A stretch of 64,000 bases of DNA from Clostridia bacterium. Lineage in GTDB: Bacteria > Bacillota > Clostridia > CAKSNL01 > HGM11501. Where the stretch lies: assembly GCA_045644565.1 (NCBI GenBank), contig JAZRHF010000052.1:5402-69401 (forward strand). The letters run 5' to 3'. Below are positions 26,414 to 36,185 of the stretch, piece after piece. Under the pieces are notes generated by a model, which saw only the letters and a list, made by a program, of their open reading frames with translations, was not told where the DNA came from and ran no database searches. Position 1 is the stretch's first letter. Every line of letters starts with the position of its first letter. Made by a program: the position numbers and the translations under genes.

Positions 26414-27805
26414 TTACACCATATCACCCGAAAGTGTCCAGGTGTTTACATCAGTAATTTTAACTTTCACAATTTCGCCGGTTAAGTCCTTATCAAAGGC
26501 AAAGTGACAAAGCTTTCCGCCTTCCGTTCTTCCGCACTGTCTGCCCTTATCGGTTTTGCTTTCCCCTTCAACCAAAACGGACTGTATGCTTCCAATCATT
26601 GCCTTGTTCTTTTTAAGCGAAATATCGTTCTGAAGCTTTAACATTTTATCAAAGTTTATATGCTTTTCTTCCTCCGTCATCACATCCGGCATGGTCTCTG
26701 CCGGAGTTCCTCTTCTCTTTGAATAGATAAAGGAGAAAATGCTGTCATATTCCACTTTTTTCAAAAGCTCCATGGTTTTTTCAAAGTCCTCGTAGGTTTC
26801 ACCGGGAAATCCCACGATTATGTCTGTTGTTAAAGTTACATCGGGAACTTTTCTTTTAACCTCGTCTATTATTCCCATATATTTTTCAACGGTATAACGG
26901 CGGTTCATAACTTCTAATATTCTGTCGCTTCCCGACTGCACCGGAAGGTGAAGCTGATTGCACACATTCTTCCGTTCCGCCAAAACATCAATAAGTTCAC
27001 TGCTTATATCCTTGGGATGCGATGACATAAAGCGGATTCGCTCAATCCCCTCTATTTCACTCACCTTATACATAAGTTCTGCAAAGCTTAATCCCCCGTT
27101 GTAAGAATTTACGTTCTGTCCCAAAAGCATAACTTCTTTAATTCCCGCATCAGCAATTTTCTTTGCTTCATCAAGGACATCCTTATAGTCACGGCTTCTT
27201 TCTCTTCCTCTTACATAAGGAACAACACAGTAGCTGCAAAAATTATTGCATCCGTACATAACTGAGAGGAATGATTTAACATTGCTTTTGCGAAGTATGG
27301 GAATTCCCTCTGTCACTTCTCCGTCAATATCCCTTATGTCTCTTACCTGTGCCCTATCCTCTATGGTCTTTAACAAAATTTCAGGCAAAGCATAAAGCGA
27401 GTGGGTTCCGAAAACCATGTCAACATATTTATAATAGCGACGAAAACGCTCGTCCATTCCCTTTTGCTGTGTCATGCATCCGCAAACACCGATTATAAGA
27501 TCGGGGTTTTTCAATTTGTAAGGCTTTAATGCACCAATTCTTCCGAAAAGCTTTTTTTCCGCATTTTCTCTTACCGCACAGGTGTTATATAAAATAAGGT
27601 CGGCTTCATTGACGTTTTCTGTTTCAGTATATCCCATTTCAGAAAGCATTCCCCAAAGCTTTTCGGAGTCGCTTTCATTCTGCTGACAGCCGAGTGTTAT
27701 CAAAAGACATTTTTTACCTTCGCCGTTTAATTCTCTTACTTTTTCAGCAAAGACTCTTTGTCTTTTAACCTCTTCCTCACTTGTCTTAATTATTTCCATC
27801 TTCAT
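26414..27805 (-). CDS. miaB: tRNA-i6A37 methylthiotransferase
   Basis: Domain order is UPF0004, radical SAM (CNNFCSYC), then TRAM. Confidence 0.92.
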   Translation of the reverse strand: MKMEIIKTSEEEVKRQRVFAEKVRELNGEGKKCLLITLGCQQNESDSEKLWGMLSEMGYTETENVNEADLILYNTCAVRENAEKKLFGRIGALKPYKLKNPDLIIGVCGCMTQQKGMDERFRRYYKYVDMVFGTHSLYALPEILLKTIEDRAQVRDIRDIDGEVTEGIPILRKSNVKSFLSVMYGCNNFCSYCVVPYVRGRERSRDYKDVLDEAKKIADAGIKEVMLLGQNVNSYNGGLSFAELMYKVSEIEGIERIRFMSSHPKDISSELIDVLAERKNVCNQLHLPVQSGSDRILEVMNRRYTVEKYMGIIDEVKRKVPDVTLTTDIIVGFPGETYEDFEKTMELLKKVEYDSIFSFIYSKRRGTPAETMPDVMTEEEKHINFDKMLKLQNDISLKKNKAMIGSIQSVLVEGESKTDKGRQCGRTEGGKLCHFAFDKDLTGEIVKVKITDVNTWTLSGDMV

Positions 27806-28313
27806 TCGTCCTTTCGGCGTCTCTTTTATACTTCATTTGTTTAATCTTATCTTCCGGAAGACATTTTTTTATAAGTTCTTCAAACTCTTCTTCCTTCATG
27901 CATCTTTTAGGCATGATAAACTGACTTCCCGGCACCCTCATTATCCAGAGGTTTTTGGTTTCCTTTACGTATTTTACATACTTCCACTCAAGGTCGCCTT
28001 TTAATTTTCCTATGGCAATTTTCATGCCTTCTTCAGAAAATGTAAAGCTTGAAGAAGCATTTGAAAGGCCTGATTTATTAAATACAATCGAAATACTTGC
28101 ATTTGATGAAAGCAAAAGGAACAAAAGTATTCCAACGCACCACCAAAGAGGGGTGACAGCCCCTTCCATCCCGGGCTTATTTGATGCAAATATAATTAAA
28201 AGCACCGCTATACCAACGAAAAAAGCAATACTCATTTTTATGGGCTTTGCAATGGTAGAATCTGCATATTCCGTAAATTCGTTATAGCTTAATTTGTCAA
28301 CTTTTACCTTCAT
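27786..28313 (-). CDS. YcxB-like membrane protein
   Basis: 175 aa with two TM segments followed by a soluble domain. Family assignment is tentative. Confidence 0.5.
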   Translation of the reverse strand: MKVKVDKLSYNEFTEYADSTIAKPIKMSIAFFVGIAVLLIIFASNKPGMEGAVTPLWWCVGILLFLLLSSNASISIVFNKSGLSNASSSFTFSEEGMKIAIGKLKGDLEWKYVKYVKETKNLWIMRVPGSQFIMPKRCMKEEEFEELIKKCLPEDKIKQMKYKRDAERTNEDGNN

Positions 28314-28598
28314 TTTTTTATCTTTCCTTTCAAAAAAGGCACACTCTCTCCGATTTTATTATTAATACAATATTATATCACTAAATAAGGATTAAAACAA
28401 GGGGAAAAATGAGTTTTTTTAAGTTTTTTCTATGTTAAAAGTTCTTCCGTAACATTTTATAAAAACGCCGTCGTCCGTTGGCTTTGCAGAATGACAGAAA
28501 AAAAGAAGTGCAGTTCAATATGTTCTACACTTCTTTTTTGTTGTTGGATTTAACTTTCTTCAGTGATATTCTCTGCAGTGCACAGAGCGATATTTTTG

Positions 28599-30068
28599 TT
28601 ATTTCTTATAAGTTGCTTCGCAGGTCAAGTTTACCCCAAGCTTTTTGAACATATTTTCATCAACAGGCGAAAGAATTACCGTTGAGTGAGCCTCCGCTCC
28701 CTTAAGTGCACTTATTCCTTCAAGAGCCTTTTTTGCAACAGGATCACTTGCCGCACAAATCGAAAGAGCAACCAATGTTTCATCCATATGAATTCTGGGA
28801 TTTTTGCTTCCAAGGTGGTTTACCTTAAGATTCTGCAAAGGTTCAATAACCTCAGGGGAAATAAGGTGCGCTTCATCATCAATACCTGCAATTTCCTTTA
28901 AGGCATTAAGAAGCGCCGCACTTGATGCTCCCAACAAGGATGATGTTTTACCTGTTACTATCTTGCCGTTTGTAAGCTGAATTGCACATACGGGACCATC
29001 GGTGCTTTCTCCCTTTTTGATGGCTGCATTTGCAACGGCACGGTCACTTACCGTAACCTCTGCCTGTTTCATGATAAGTTCCATTTTTCTTATCACGTCA
29101 TTATCGCATTTTCCGTTTATCTTATCCTTTAATACCTGATAATATCTTCTTACGATTTCTTCCTTTGATGCCTGTCTTACAACCTCATCGTCGATGATGC
29201 AGTTACCTGCCATGTTAACACCCATGTCTGTAGGTGATTTATAGGGACTCTCCCCCATTATCTTTTCAAACATAGCATTTAACACGGGGAAAATTTCAAT
29301 ATCTCTGTTATAGTTTACCGCTGTTTCACCATAAGCCTCAAGATGGAAATGGTCAATCATATTAACGTCGTTTAAGTCGATTGTTGCCGCTTCATAAGCA
29401 AGGTTTACATGATGCTTTAACGGAAGATTCCATACAGGGAAGGTTTCAAACTTGGCATAGCCTGCCTTAACTCCCCTCTTATTCTCGTGATAAAGCTGTG
29501 ATAAACAGGTTGCCATTTTTCCGCTTCCGGGACCGGGAGCAGTTACTACAACAATGGGACGTTCCGTTTCGATATAATCGTTTTTACCGTAACCGTCATC
29601 ACTTACGATTAATTCAACGTTGGAAGGATAACCCTCTATAGGATAGTGAAGGAACACTTTTATTCCCATGTTTTCAAGCTTTTTCTTAAATACATCCGCC
29701 GCAGCCTGACCGCTGTACTGAGTGATTACAACGCTTCCCACCATAAGGTTAAGGTTATTGAATGCCTCAATCAAACGGATGGTATCAAGGTCATAAGTGA
29801 TATTATAGTCACTTCTCACCTTGTTTTTCACAATGTCAATGGAACTTATTACGATAACTATTTCAAGCTTATCCGCAAGATGCATAAGCATTTTTATCTT
29901 ACTGTCGGGCTGAAAACCGGGAAGCACACGGGATGCGTGGTGGTCGTCAAAAAGCTTGCCGCCAAGCTCTAAATAAAGCTTGTCGCCAAACTCGGTCACT
30001 CTCTTTCCGATGTGTTCGGACTGCATCTTTATATATTTTTCGTTGTCAAAGCCAATTTTACCGTTCAT
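28599..30068 (-). CDS. DUF1846 / UPF0371 family protein
   Basis: 489 aa. The N-terminus GFDNEKYIKMQSEHI...LELGGKLFDDHHASRVLPGF is characteristic of the family. Confidence 0.8.
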   Translation of the reverse strand: MNGKIGFDNEKYIKMQSEHIGKRVTEFGDKLYLELGGKLFDDHHASRVLPGFQPDSKIKMLMHLADKLEIVIVISSIDIVKNKVRSDYNITYDLDTIRLIEAFNNLNLMVGSVVITQYSGQAAADVFKKKLENMGIKVFLHYPIEGYPSNVELIVSDDGYGKNDYIETERPIVVVTAPGPGSGKMATCLSQLYHENKRGVKAGYAKFETFPVWNLPLKHHVNLAYEAATIDLNDVNMIDHFHLEAYGETAVNYNRDIEIFPVLNAMFEKIMGESPYKSPTDMGVNMAGNCIIDDEVVRQASKEEIVRRYYQVLKDKINGKCDNDVIRKMELIMKQAEVTVSDRAVANAAIKKGESTDGPVCAIQLTNGKIVTGKTSSLLGASSAALLNALKEIAGIDDEAHLISPEVIEPLQNLKVNHLGSKNPRIHMDETLVALSICAASDPVAKKALEGISALKGAEAHSTVILSPVDENMFKKLGVNLTCEATYKK

Positions 30069-30140
30069 ACAAACAGCTCCACTTCCTGTGAAATAATTCT
30101 TTTAAAACCAATCTTCGATATTATAACACAAAGTAAAACT

Positions 30141-30180
30141 AAAAACAAGAGATTTCTTAAAAGAAATCTCTTGTTTTTTA
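30141..30180 (-). terminator. intrinsic terminator after argD
   Basis: ACAAGAGATTTCTT / AAGAAATCTCTTGT hairpin flanked by A/T runs. Confidence 0.7.
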
Positions 30181-31332
30181 TAAACAGCTTATTATTACGT
30201 TAATTGCTTTTTCAAGCTCGTCCTTTTTGATGTTTAAGGGAGGCAAAAGTCGTACCTTATTTTTAGCCTTAATTACCAAAACACCCTTTTCACGACATTC
30301 CGCTATTATCTCTCCTGCATCCTTTTCGGTTTCGATGCCTATCATAAGTCCCATACCCGAGATACTCTTTACACCCTTGGCACCGTTAAATGCATTAAAA
30401 ATCATTTCCGACTTTTCTGATACCTCGGAAAAAAGCACATCTGTCATTCTCTCGATAACGGAAACAGCACCTGCAGCTGCGATTGGGTTTCCTCCGAAGG
30501 TTGAGCCGTGGTCACCTGATTTTAACACGTTTTCTGTCTTTTCATACATCATACAGCATCCGATGGGAAGACCGCCGCCAAGTCCCTTTGCGGTTGTAAC
30601 CACATCAGGCTCTATACCGTAGTTCATATAAGCATAAAGGGCACCGCATCTGCCGTTACCTGTCTGCACTTCGTCAACCATCACCAGGATGTCTTTTTCT
30701 TTTGCAATCTTATAAACCTCTGTTACAAATTCCTTGGAAAGAGGCATTACGCCCCCTTCACCCTGAACCATTTCCATCATGATTGCGGCGATGTTTTCCT
30801 TTTCTGCAAGCTCACGGAAAGCTTCAACATCTCCTGCATCAATGTGGCAAAAGCCATCGGGAAGCGGCAAAAATAACTTATGGAATACATCCTGTCCCGT
30901 TGCAGCAAGTGTTGCAAGAGTTCTTCCGTGGAAGCTGTTATTAAGAGTTACGATTTTCGCACCCGCAATCCCCTTATCCTCTGCATATTTTCTTGCAATT
31001 TTAATTGCACATTCATTGGCTTCTGCACCGGAGTTTCCGAAAAACACCTTTTTTGCCCCTGTTTTTTCGCAAAGCAATTTTGCCAATTTAACGCAAGGCT
31101 CTGTATAATAGAGGTTTGATGTATGCTGAACCTTTGTAAGCTGACAAGTTACGGCGTTAACCCACTCATCATCGGAATAGCCGAAGGAATTTACCGCAAT
31201 ACCGCTTCCGAGGTCAATATATTCCTTACCGTCCTCGTCGTAAGCCTTGGCGCCTTTACCCTTTACTATTGCAATGGGAAAACGCGCATAGGTATTTGAA
31301 ATATAATTTAAGTCATCATTTATAATGCTCAT
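30178..31332 (-). CDS. argD: acetylornithine aminotransferase
   Basis: Class-III aminotransferase with DEVQTGNGRCG. Located in the arg operon. Confidence 0.92.
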   Translation of the reverse strand: MSIINDDLNYISNTYARFPIAIVKGKGAKAYDEDGKEYIDLGSGIAVNSFGYSDDEWVNAVTCQLTKVQHTSNLYYTEPCVKLAKLLCEKTGAKKVFFGNSGAEANECAIKIARKYAEDKGIAGAKIVTLNNSFHGRTLATLAATGQDVFHKLFLPLPDGFCHIDAGDVEAFRELAEKENIAAIMMEMVQGEGGVMPLSKEFVTEVYKIAKEKDILVMVDEVQTGNGRCGALYAYMNYGIEPDVVTTAKGLGGGLPIGCCMMYEKTENVLKSGDHGSTFGGNPIAAAGAVSVIERMTDVLFSEVSEKSEMIFNAFNGAKGVKSISGMGLMIGIETEKDAGEIIAECREKGVLVIKAKNKVRLLPPLNIKKDELEKAINVIISCL

Positions 31333-32210
31333 AATCCTGCCTCGCTTTTATCCTTTACAACCATTGTACCTGCACCTTCGTCTGTCAACGTTTCAAGAAG
31401 AAGAGCATGAGGCACTCTGCCGTCAAGAATTGTAACTCTTTCAACGCCCATATTTATAGCGTCAATACAGCACTCAACCTTGGGAATCATACCGCCGTTA
31501 ATGATACCGTCTTCAAATAACTTGTGTGCTTCTGCTATATCCATACAATGAATAACGGAATCGGGATCATCCTTATCACGGAGTACGCCTGTAATATCCG
31601 TCATGGAAATAAGACGTTCTGCCTTTAATGCCCCTGCGATGAATGCCGCCGCAGTATCGGCGTTTATGTTGTATGTATTACCCTCCATATCGCAACCAAC
31701 GGTTGAAACAATAGGAATATAGCCTTTTTCAATCAAATCGCACACAGGCTCTGTGTTAACCTTTGTAATTGTACCCACATAGCCATAGCGTTCATCCTTC
31801 ATTTCTGCCTCAATCATATGTCCGTCAATACCGGAAATACCCATGGCCTTGCCACCCTTTTGCTCAATAAGGCTTACAAGGTTTTTATTTATCTTTCCGG
31901 CAAGAATCATCTGAACAACGTCAACGGTTTCCTTGTCTGTTACACGAAGACCATCAAGGAATACGGATTCCTTTCCGATTTTCTTAAGCATATCGCTTAT
32001 CTCGGGGCCGCCGCCGTGAACAACAACGACCTTTACGCCGATTAAGTGAAGAAGCACGATATCTTCCATAACCTGCTCTTTAAGCTCGTCGTTTATCATG
32101 GCATTTCCGCCGTATTTAACAACAACAATCTTTCCATAATACTGCTGTATATAAGGAAGTGCCTGGGTTAATATTTCCGCTCTCTGAGCGTTTGTTACTT
32201 TAAGTTCCAT
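31329..32210 (-). CDS. argB: acetylglutamate kinase
   Basis: VVKYGGNAM and VVVHGGGPEI motifs. Confidence 0.95.
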   Translation of the reverse strand: MELKVTNAQRAEILTQALPYIQQYYGKIVVVKYGGNAMINDELKEQVMEDIVLLHLIGVKVVVVHGGGPEISDMLKKIGKESVFLDGLRVTDKETVDVVQMILAGKINKNLVSLIEQKGGKAMGISGIDGHMIEAEMKDERYGYVGTITKVNTEPVCDLIEKGYIPIVSTVGCDMEGNTYNINADTAAAFIAGALKAERLISMTDITGVLRDKDDPDSVIHCMDIAEAHKLFEDGIINGGMIPKVECCIDAINMGVERVTILDGRVPHALLLETLTDEGAGTMVVKDKSEAGL

Positions 32211-32227
32211 AAAAACACCTCTTAAAA

Positions 32228-33448
32228 TCAGGTTCTGTAATCGCCGTTAATTTTAACGTAATCATAAGTAAGGTCACATCCCCATGCGATACTTTCCGCA
32301 TCACCGTCGTTTAAGTCAACAAGGATGTCAATTTCCTTTTCAAGGAGAATTTCCTTTGCGATTTCCTCGGAGAAGTCAACGCCTGCACCGTCCTTACATA
32401 CAAGGATTTTACCCTTGGGTGAAGAAAAATGCACGTCAACCTTATTTACATCAATATCGGCACCGCTGTAGCCGAGAGCACAAAGCACTCTTCCCCAGTT
32501 AGCGTCTGCACCGAACATTGCCGCCTTTGTAAGTGATGAGCAGATAACGCTCTTTGCCGCAATTTTAGCAGCTTCCTTTGTCTTACCGCCTGTTACGATA
32601 CACTGAAGGAGCTTTGTAGCACCTTCACCGTCACCTGCAATCATTCTGCAAAGCTCAACGGTTATTGTATTAAGAGCCTTCATAAAGGTGGTGAAATCTT
32701 CGCCTTCTTCTGTAATTTCTTTGTTTCCTGCCATACCGTTCGCCATTACGGAAACCATATCGTTTGTGGAAGTATCTCCGTCAATGCTTAACATATTAAA
32801 GGTTTCGGTTATATCGCCGGAAAGTGCTTTCTGAAGCATCTTTGCGCTTATTGCCGCATCAGTTGTAATAAACACAAGCATGGTTGCCATATTGGGGTGA
32901 ATCATTCCGCTACCCTTGGCAATACCGCCCATCTTACACTCCACTCCGCCGAGAGTAAAGCTTACGGCAATTTCTTTTTTCACGGTGTCGGTGGTCATTA
33001 TTGCTTCTGCCGCATCAAGTCCGTCAGCCTTCAAGGACGCGCAAAGTGAAGGAATTCCCTCTTTTATGGGAGTTATATCAAGTCTCTGACCGATAACACC
33101 TGTTGATGCAACGATTACATCGTTTTTATCAATTTTAAGTTCCGATGCAATAGCCTCACTCATAGCTTCGGCAACTTCAATACCGTCGGCATTACAGGTG
33201 TTGGCATTTCCGCTGTTGCAGATTGCACACTGTGCATAGCCGTCCGAAATATGATTTTTCGTAACTGTATTGGGAGCACCCTTTACAAGGTTAGTTGTAT
33301 AAACAGCCGCAGCCGTTGCTCTCTTTTCACTTACGATTAACGCAAGATCCTTTTTGATTTTATTTTTTCTTATTCCGCAATGTATGCCTGATGCCTTAAA
33401 GCCTTTAGCGGCACAAACGCTGCCTTCGATAATTTTAATTTCGCTCAT
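32228..33448 (-). CDS. argJ: bifunctional ornithine acetyltransferase / N-acetylglutamate synthase
   Basis: ATMLVFITTDA autoprocessing site and a C-terminal YVKINGDYRT. Confidence 0.95.
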   Translation of the reverse strand: MSEIKIIEGSVCAAKGFKASGIHCGIRKNKIKKDLALIVSEKRATAAAVYTTNLVKGAPNTVTKNHISDGYAQCAICNSGNANTCNADGIEVAEAMSEAIASELKIDKNDVIVASTGVIGQRLDITPIKEGIPSLCASLKADGLDAAEAIMTTDTVKKEIAVSFTLGGVECKMGGIAKGSGMIHPNMATMLVFITTDAAISAKMLQKALSGDITETFNMLSIDGDTSTNDMVSVMANGMAGNKEITEEGEDFTTFMKALNTITVELCRMIAGDGEGATKLLQCIVTGGKTKEAAKIAAKSVICSSLTKAAMFGADANWGRVLCALGYSGADIDVNKVDVHFSSPKGKILVCKDGAGVDFSEEIAKEILLEKEIDILVDLNDGDAESIAWGCDLTYDYVKINGDYRT

Positions 33449-33457
33449 AACTTCCTC

Positions 33458-34390
33458 CTATAACTCCAGGGCGCTTTTTTCGTCTTTTCCGAGAGCAATA
33501 TTCATACATTCTATTGCCGCTCCGGATGCGCCTTTTCCCAAATTGTCATATCTTGCGGTTAAAATTATTCTTTCTTCGTTTCCGTAAACCGCAATTCTCA
33601 TAAAGTCCTTGCCCATGTATTTCACGGAAGATAAGAAACCTTCTTCATCATCTTCTTCATACTTTACAATTTCTGTGTTGTAATATTTCTTGTAAACTTC
33701 TTTTATATCCTCTATTCTGCCCTTAAGTAAGTCCTTTGCGAAAAGCGGAACCGTAACTTCCATACCGCTGTAAAAATCAGCCACGATGGGACAGAAAATA
33801 GGGGCATTGTTTATTCCGGTAATTGCCTTCATTTCCTTCAGGTGCTTATGGTTCTGAGTAAGTGCATACTGTCTCGGACCTTTAAGAAGTGGATTTTCCT
33901 CCGCTTCGTACTCTGCAATCATTTTCTTTCCGCCGCCTGAATAGCCTGTTAAGGAATGACAGGTGAGCCCCAAATCGGGAGAAATAAAACCTTCCTTAAC
34001 CAAGGGATATATAAGTGCTATAAATCCTCCTGCATGACAGCCGGGAACCGCAATCCTTTTTGAATTTTTAATTTTTTCTCTGTGGGCTAAAGATAACTCA
34101 GGAAAACCGTAGGCGAAATGCTCTTCCGTTCTGTGGGCAGTTGATGTATCAATAATTATAACATCATCATTTGCCATGGCTACCGCTTCTCTTGCCGCAT
34201 CATCAGGAAGACAAAGGAATGTTACATCACTTTCGTTGATTGCATTTTTCCTTGCCTCGGAATCCTTTCTTTTATCTTCCGAAAGGCGGATAAGTTCAAT
34301 ATCCTCCATGGCTTCAAGTCTTTCGTAAATACGAAGACCGGTTGTTCCTGCCGAACCATCTATAAATATTTTAGTTTTCTTGTCACACAT
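33458..34390 (-). CDS. argC: N-acetyl-gamma-glutamyl-phosphate reductase (short type)
   Basis: PGCHAGG active-site Cys. ATG at 34390 preceded by GGTGA (the ORF track extends to GTG at 34399). Confidence 0.92.
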   Translation of the reverse strand: MCDKKTKIFIDGSAGTTGLRIYERLEAMEDIELIRLSEDKRKDSEARKNAINESDVTFLCLPDDAAREAVAMANDDVIIIDTSTAHRTEEHFAYGFPELSLAHREKIKNSKRIAVPGCHAGGFIALIYPLVKEGFISPDLGLTCHSLTGYSGGGKKMIAEYEAEENPLLKGPRQYALTQNHKHLKEMKAITGINNAPIFCPIVADFYSGMEVTVPLFAKDLLKGRIEDIKEVYKKYYNTEIVKYEEDDEEGFLSSVKYMGKDFMRIAVYGNEERIILTARYDNLGKGASGAAIECMNIALGKDEKSALEL

Positions 34391-34472
34391 AAATATCACC
34401 GCATTATATCATTTTGCATAATTATAGCATTGTCTAACGGAAAAATCAAGGTTTTTTTGCAGTTTTTTCGAT

Positions 34473-34545
34473 ATTTATGCACTTTAACAATTTATTTATG
34501 CATAAACTTTCATTTTTGTATATTTTTCCTGCATAAAAATGAATA
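34473..34545 (-). promoter_or_regulatory. candidate ArgR/AhrC operators (ARG-box-like AT-rich repeats)
   Basis: ATTTATGCA at 34473-34481 and 34494-34502 (21-bp period), plus TGCATAAAAATGAATA at 34530-34545. All lie upstream of argC. Confidence 0.4.
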
Positions 34546-34584
34546 AGTGGAGCGAATTACATTTTCAACCCCACTTATAATCAG

Positions 34585-36141
34585 TTAAAATGTTATTGTA
34601 TGTGTCTTTTCAACGGTTTCTCCGGGCTTCACAAGAATAATTCCTTCACGCTTTGTGATATCACCGTCAGAATCTGTTCTGTCGATAAAGCTGCACCAGG
34701 GCTCGATGCACACATAGTCCGCATCTTCCTTATGCCAGAGTACAAGATAGTCAATTCCGGGGAAGTCAATCTTAATTTCCCTGCCTCCGCTCTTTCTTCT
34801 TAAAGTTACGCTTCTGGAATTGTGATCCTTTATTACATAGGAATCTGTTCCGAACACACCGCGTGTCAAAGGAAGAGTTCTGTTTTTAAGTTCAATTTTC
34901 TTTGTCTCACCGCTAACCAGTCTTCCGTCCATCACCTGATGCATAAGATAATCGTCTTCCGGGAAAACGATTTCATAATTTTCAATTCCGTCGGGAAGAT
35001 TATATGCTTCGTGGCTTCCGAAGGATGCAGGCAGAACCTTTCCGTCCCTGTTTTCTACACTGTATGTAGTGATTACCTTGTTCTCTGAAAGCTTGTATTC
35101 TACTCGGAAAGAGAAAAGGAACGGATATTTTAAAAGTGTTTCTTCGTTTTCCTTAAGGCAGAATACCACTCTGTCATCGGAAAGTTCTTCAACCTCGAAA
35201 ACAGAGCCCTTTGAAAAACCATGCTGAGGCATTTCGTACCATTTACCTTCATAGTGATATTTTCCATCCTTAAGACTTGAGCATATGGGGAACAAAACCG
35301 GTGAGTGATCCTCCCATATAAGTCTTCCGTTATCCTGCCAGAGCTGTTCCTCACCCTTAAATTTAAGGCTTTCGCACTGCGCTCCCTTTGATGTAAATTT
35401 CATTTCGATAAATTCGTTTTTAATTTCAACATTCACTGCCATTCTGCCCAAAACCTCCCCTACTTTTTCGTGTGATACATAATTTGCCAAGCGGTCAACG
35501 CTTGTTTCTTCTTTATTTATAAGTGCAAGATACTGCCCGTGAAAATAGCGGAGCAATCCTGCCGCAGGATAAACCATAAGGCTTGTACCTGCAATAATTA
35601 AAAGGTCTGCCTTAGAAATATGTTCTATAGCTGACGCCACCACGTCATCGGAAAGTGCCTCATCATATAATACCACATCGGGTTTTATAACTCCGCCGCA
35701 AGTGCAGGTGGGAACTCCCTCGGAATTTTTCATGTAAGCCGCATCATAGAATTTATTGCACTTTGTGCAGTAGTTTCTGTGCACACTTCCGTGAAGTTCA
35801 TAGACATTAACACTACCTGCCGCCTGATGAAGTCCGTCAATATTCTGAGTTATTACAGCCTTTAATTTGCCCGCCTTTTCCATTTCCGCCAGCTTTTTAT
35901 GAGCTTTATTCGGAAGGATGGAAAGGTCAATCATTTTTTCTTTGTAAAAGTTAAAAAACTCATCCGTATGCTTTTCAAAATAGCCGTGACTTAAAATCAT
36001 TTCCGGAGGCACGGAATTTTCTTCGCTATAAAGCCCGTCCTTGCTCCTGAAATCCTTAAGTCCCGACTCGGTGCTGACACCTGCACCGCCGAAAAACACG
36101 ATATAATTGCAACTGTTTATAAGTCTTTGAAGCTTATCCAT
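34585..36141 (-). CDS. fusion protein: NAD-dependent sirtuin deacylase (N-terminal about 233 aa) plus aldose-1-epimerase-family domain (C-terminal about 285 aa)
   Basis: Sir2 motifs GAGVSTESGLKDFRS, QNIDGLH, HG and a Zn ribbon CTKC..CTCGG. From the Met at 35442 the sequence is mutarotase-like (KFTSKGAQ..., VLFP, PQHGF, EPW). Confidence 0.85.
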   Translation of the reverse strand: MDKLQRLINSCNYIVFFGGAGVSTESGLKDFRSKDGLYSEENSVPPEMILSHGYFEKHTDEFFNFYKEKMIDLSILPNKAHKKLAEMEKAGKLKAVITQNIDGLHQAAGSVNVYELHGSVHRNYCTKCNKFYDAAYMKNSEGVPTCTCGGVIKPDVVLYDEALSDDVVASAIEHISKADLLIIAGTSLMVYPAAGLLRYFHGQYLALINKEETSVDRLANYVSHEKVGEVLGRMAVNVEIKNEFIEMKFTSKGAQCESLKFKGEEQLWQDNGRLIWEDHSPVLFPICSSLKDGKYHYEGKWYEMPQHGFSKGSVFEVEELSDDRVVFCLKENEETLLKYPFLFSFRVEYKLSENKVITTYSVENRDGKVLPASFGSHEAYNLPDGIENYEIVFPEDDYLMHQVMDGRLVSGETKKIELKNRTLPLTRGVFGTDSYVIKDHNSRSVTLRRKSGGREIKIDFPGIDYLVLWHKEDADYVCIEPWCSFIDRTDSDGDITKREGIILVKPGETVEKTHTITF

Positions 36142-36185
36142 AATTTCTCCTTATGAAACAAGGCTGCCCATGCAGCCTTGTTTTT

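Noticed and set aside
34585-36141. The Sir2 domain as part of an anti-phage system (Thoeris, DSR or SIR2-HerA type).
   Set aside because: It has the full canonical deacylase motifs and zinc ribbon. There is no partner gene (TIR, HerA, pAgo), and the neighbourhood is housekeeping (arg operon, wecA, trpS).
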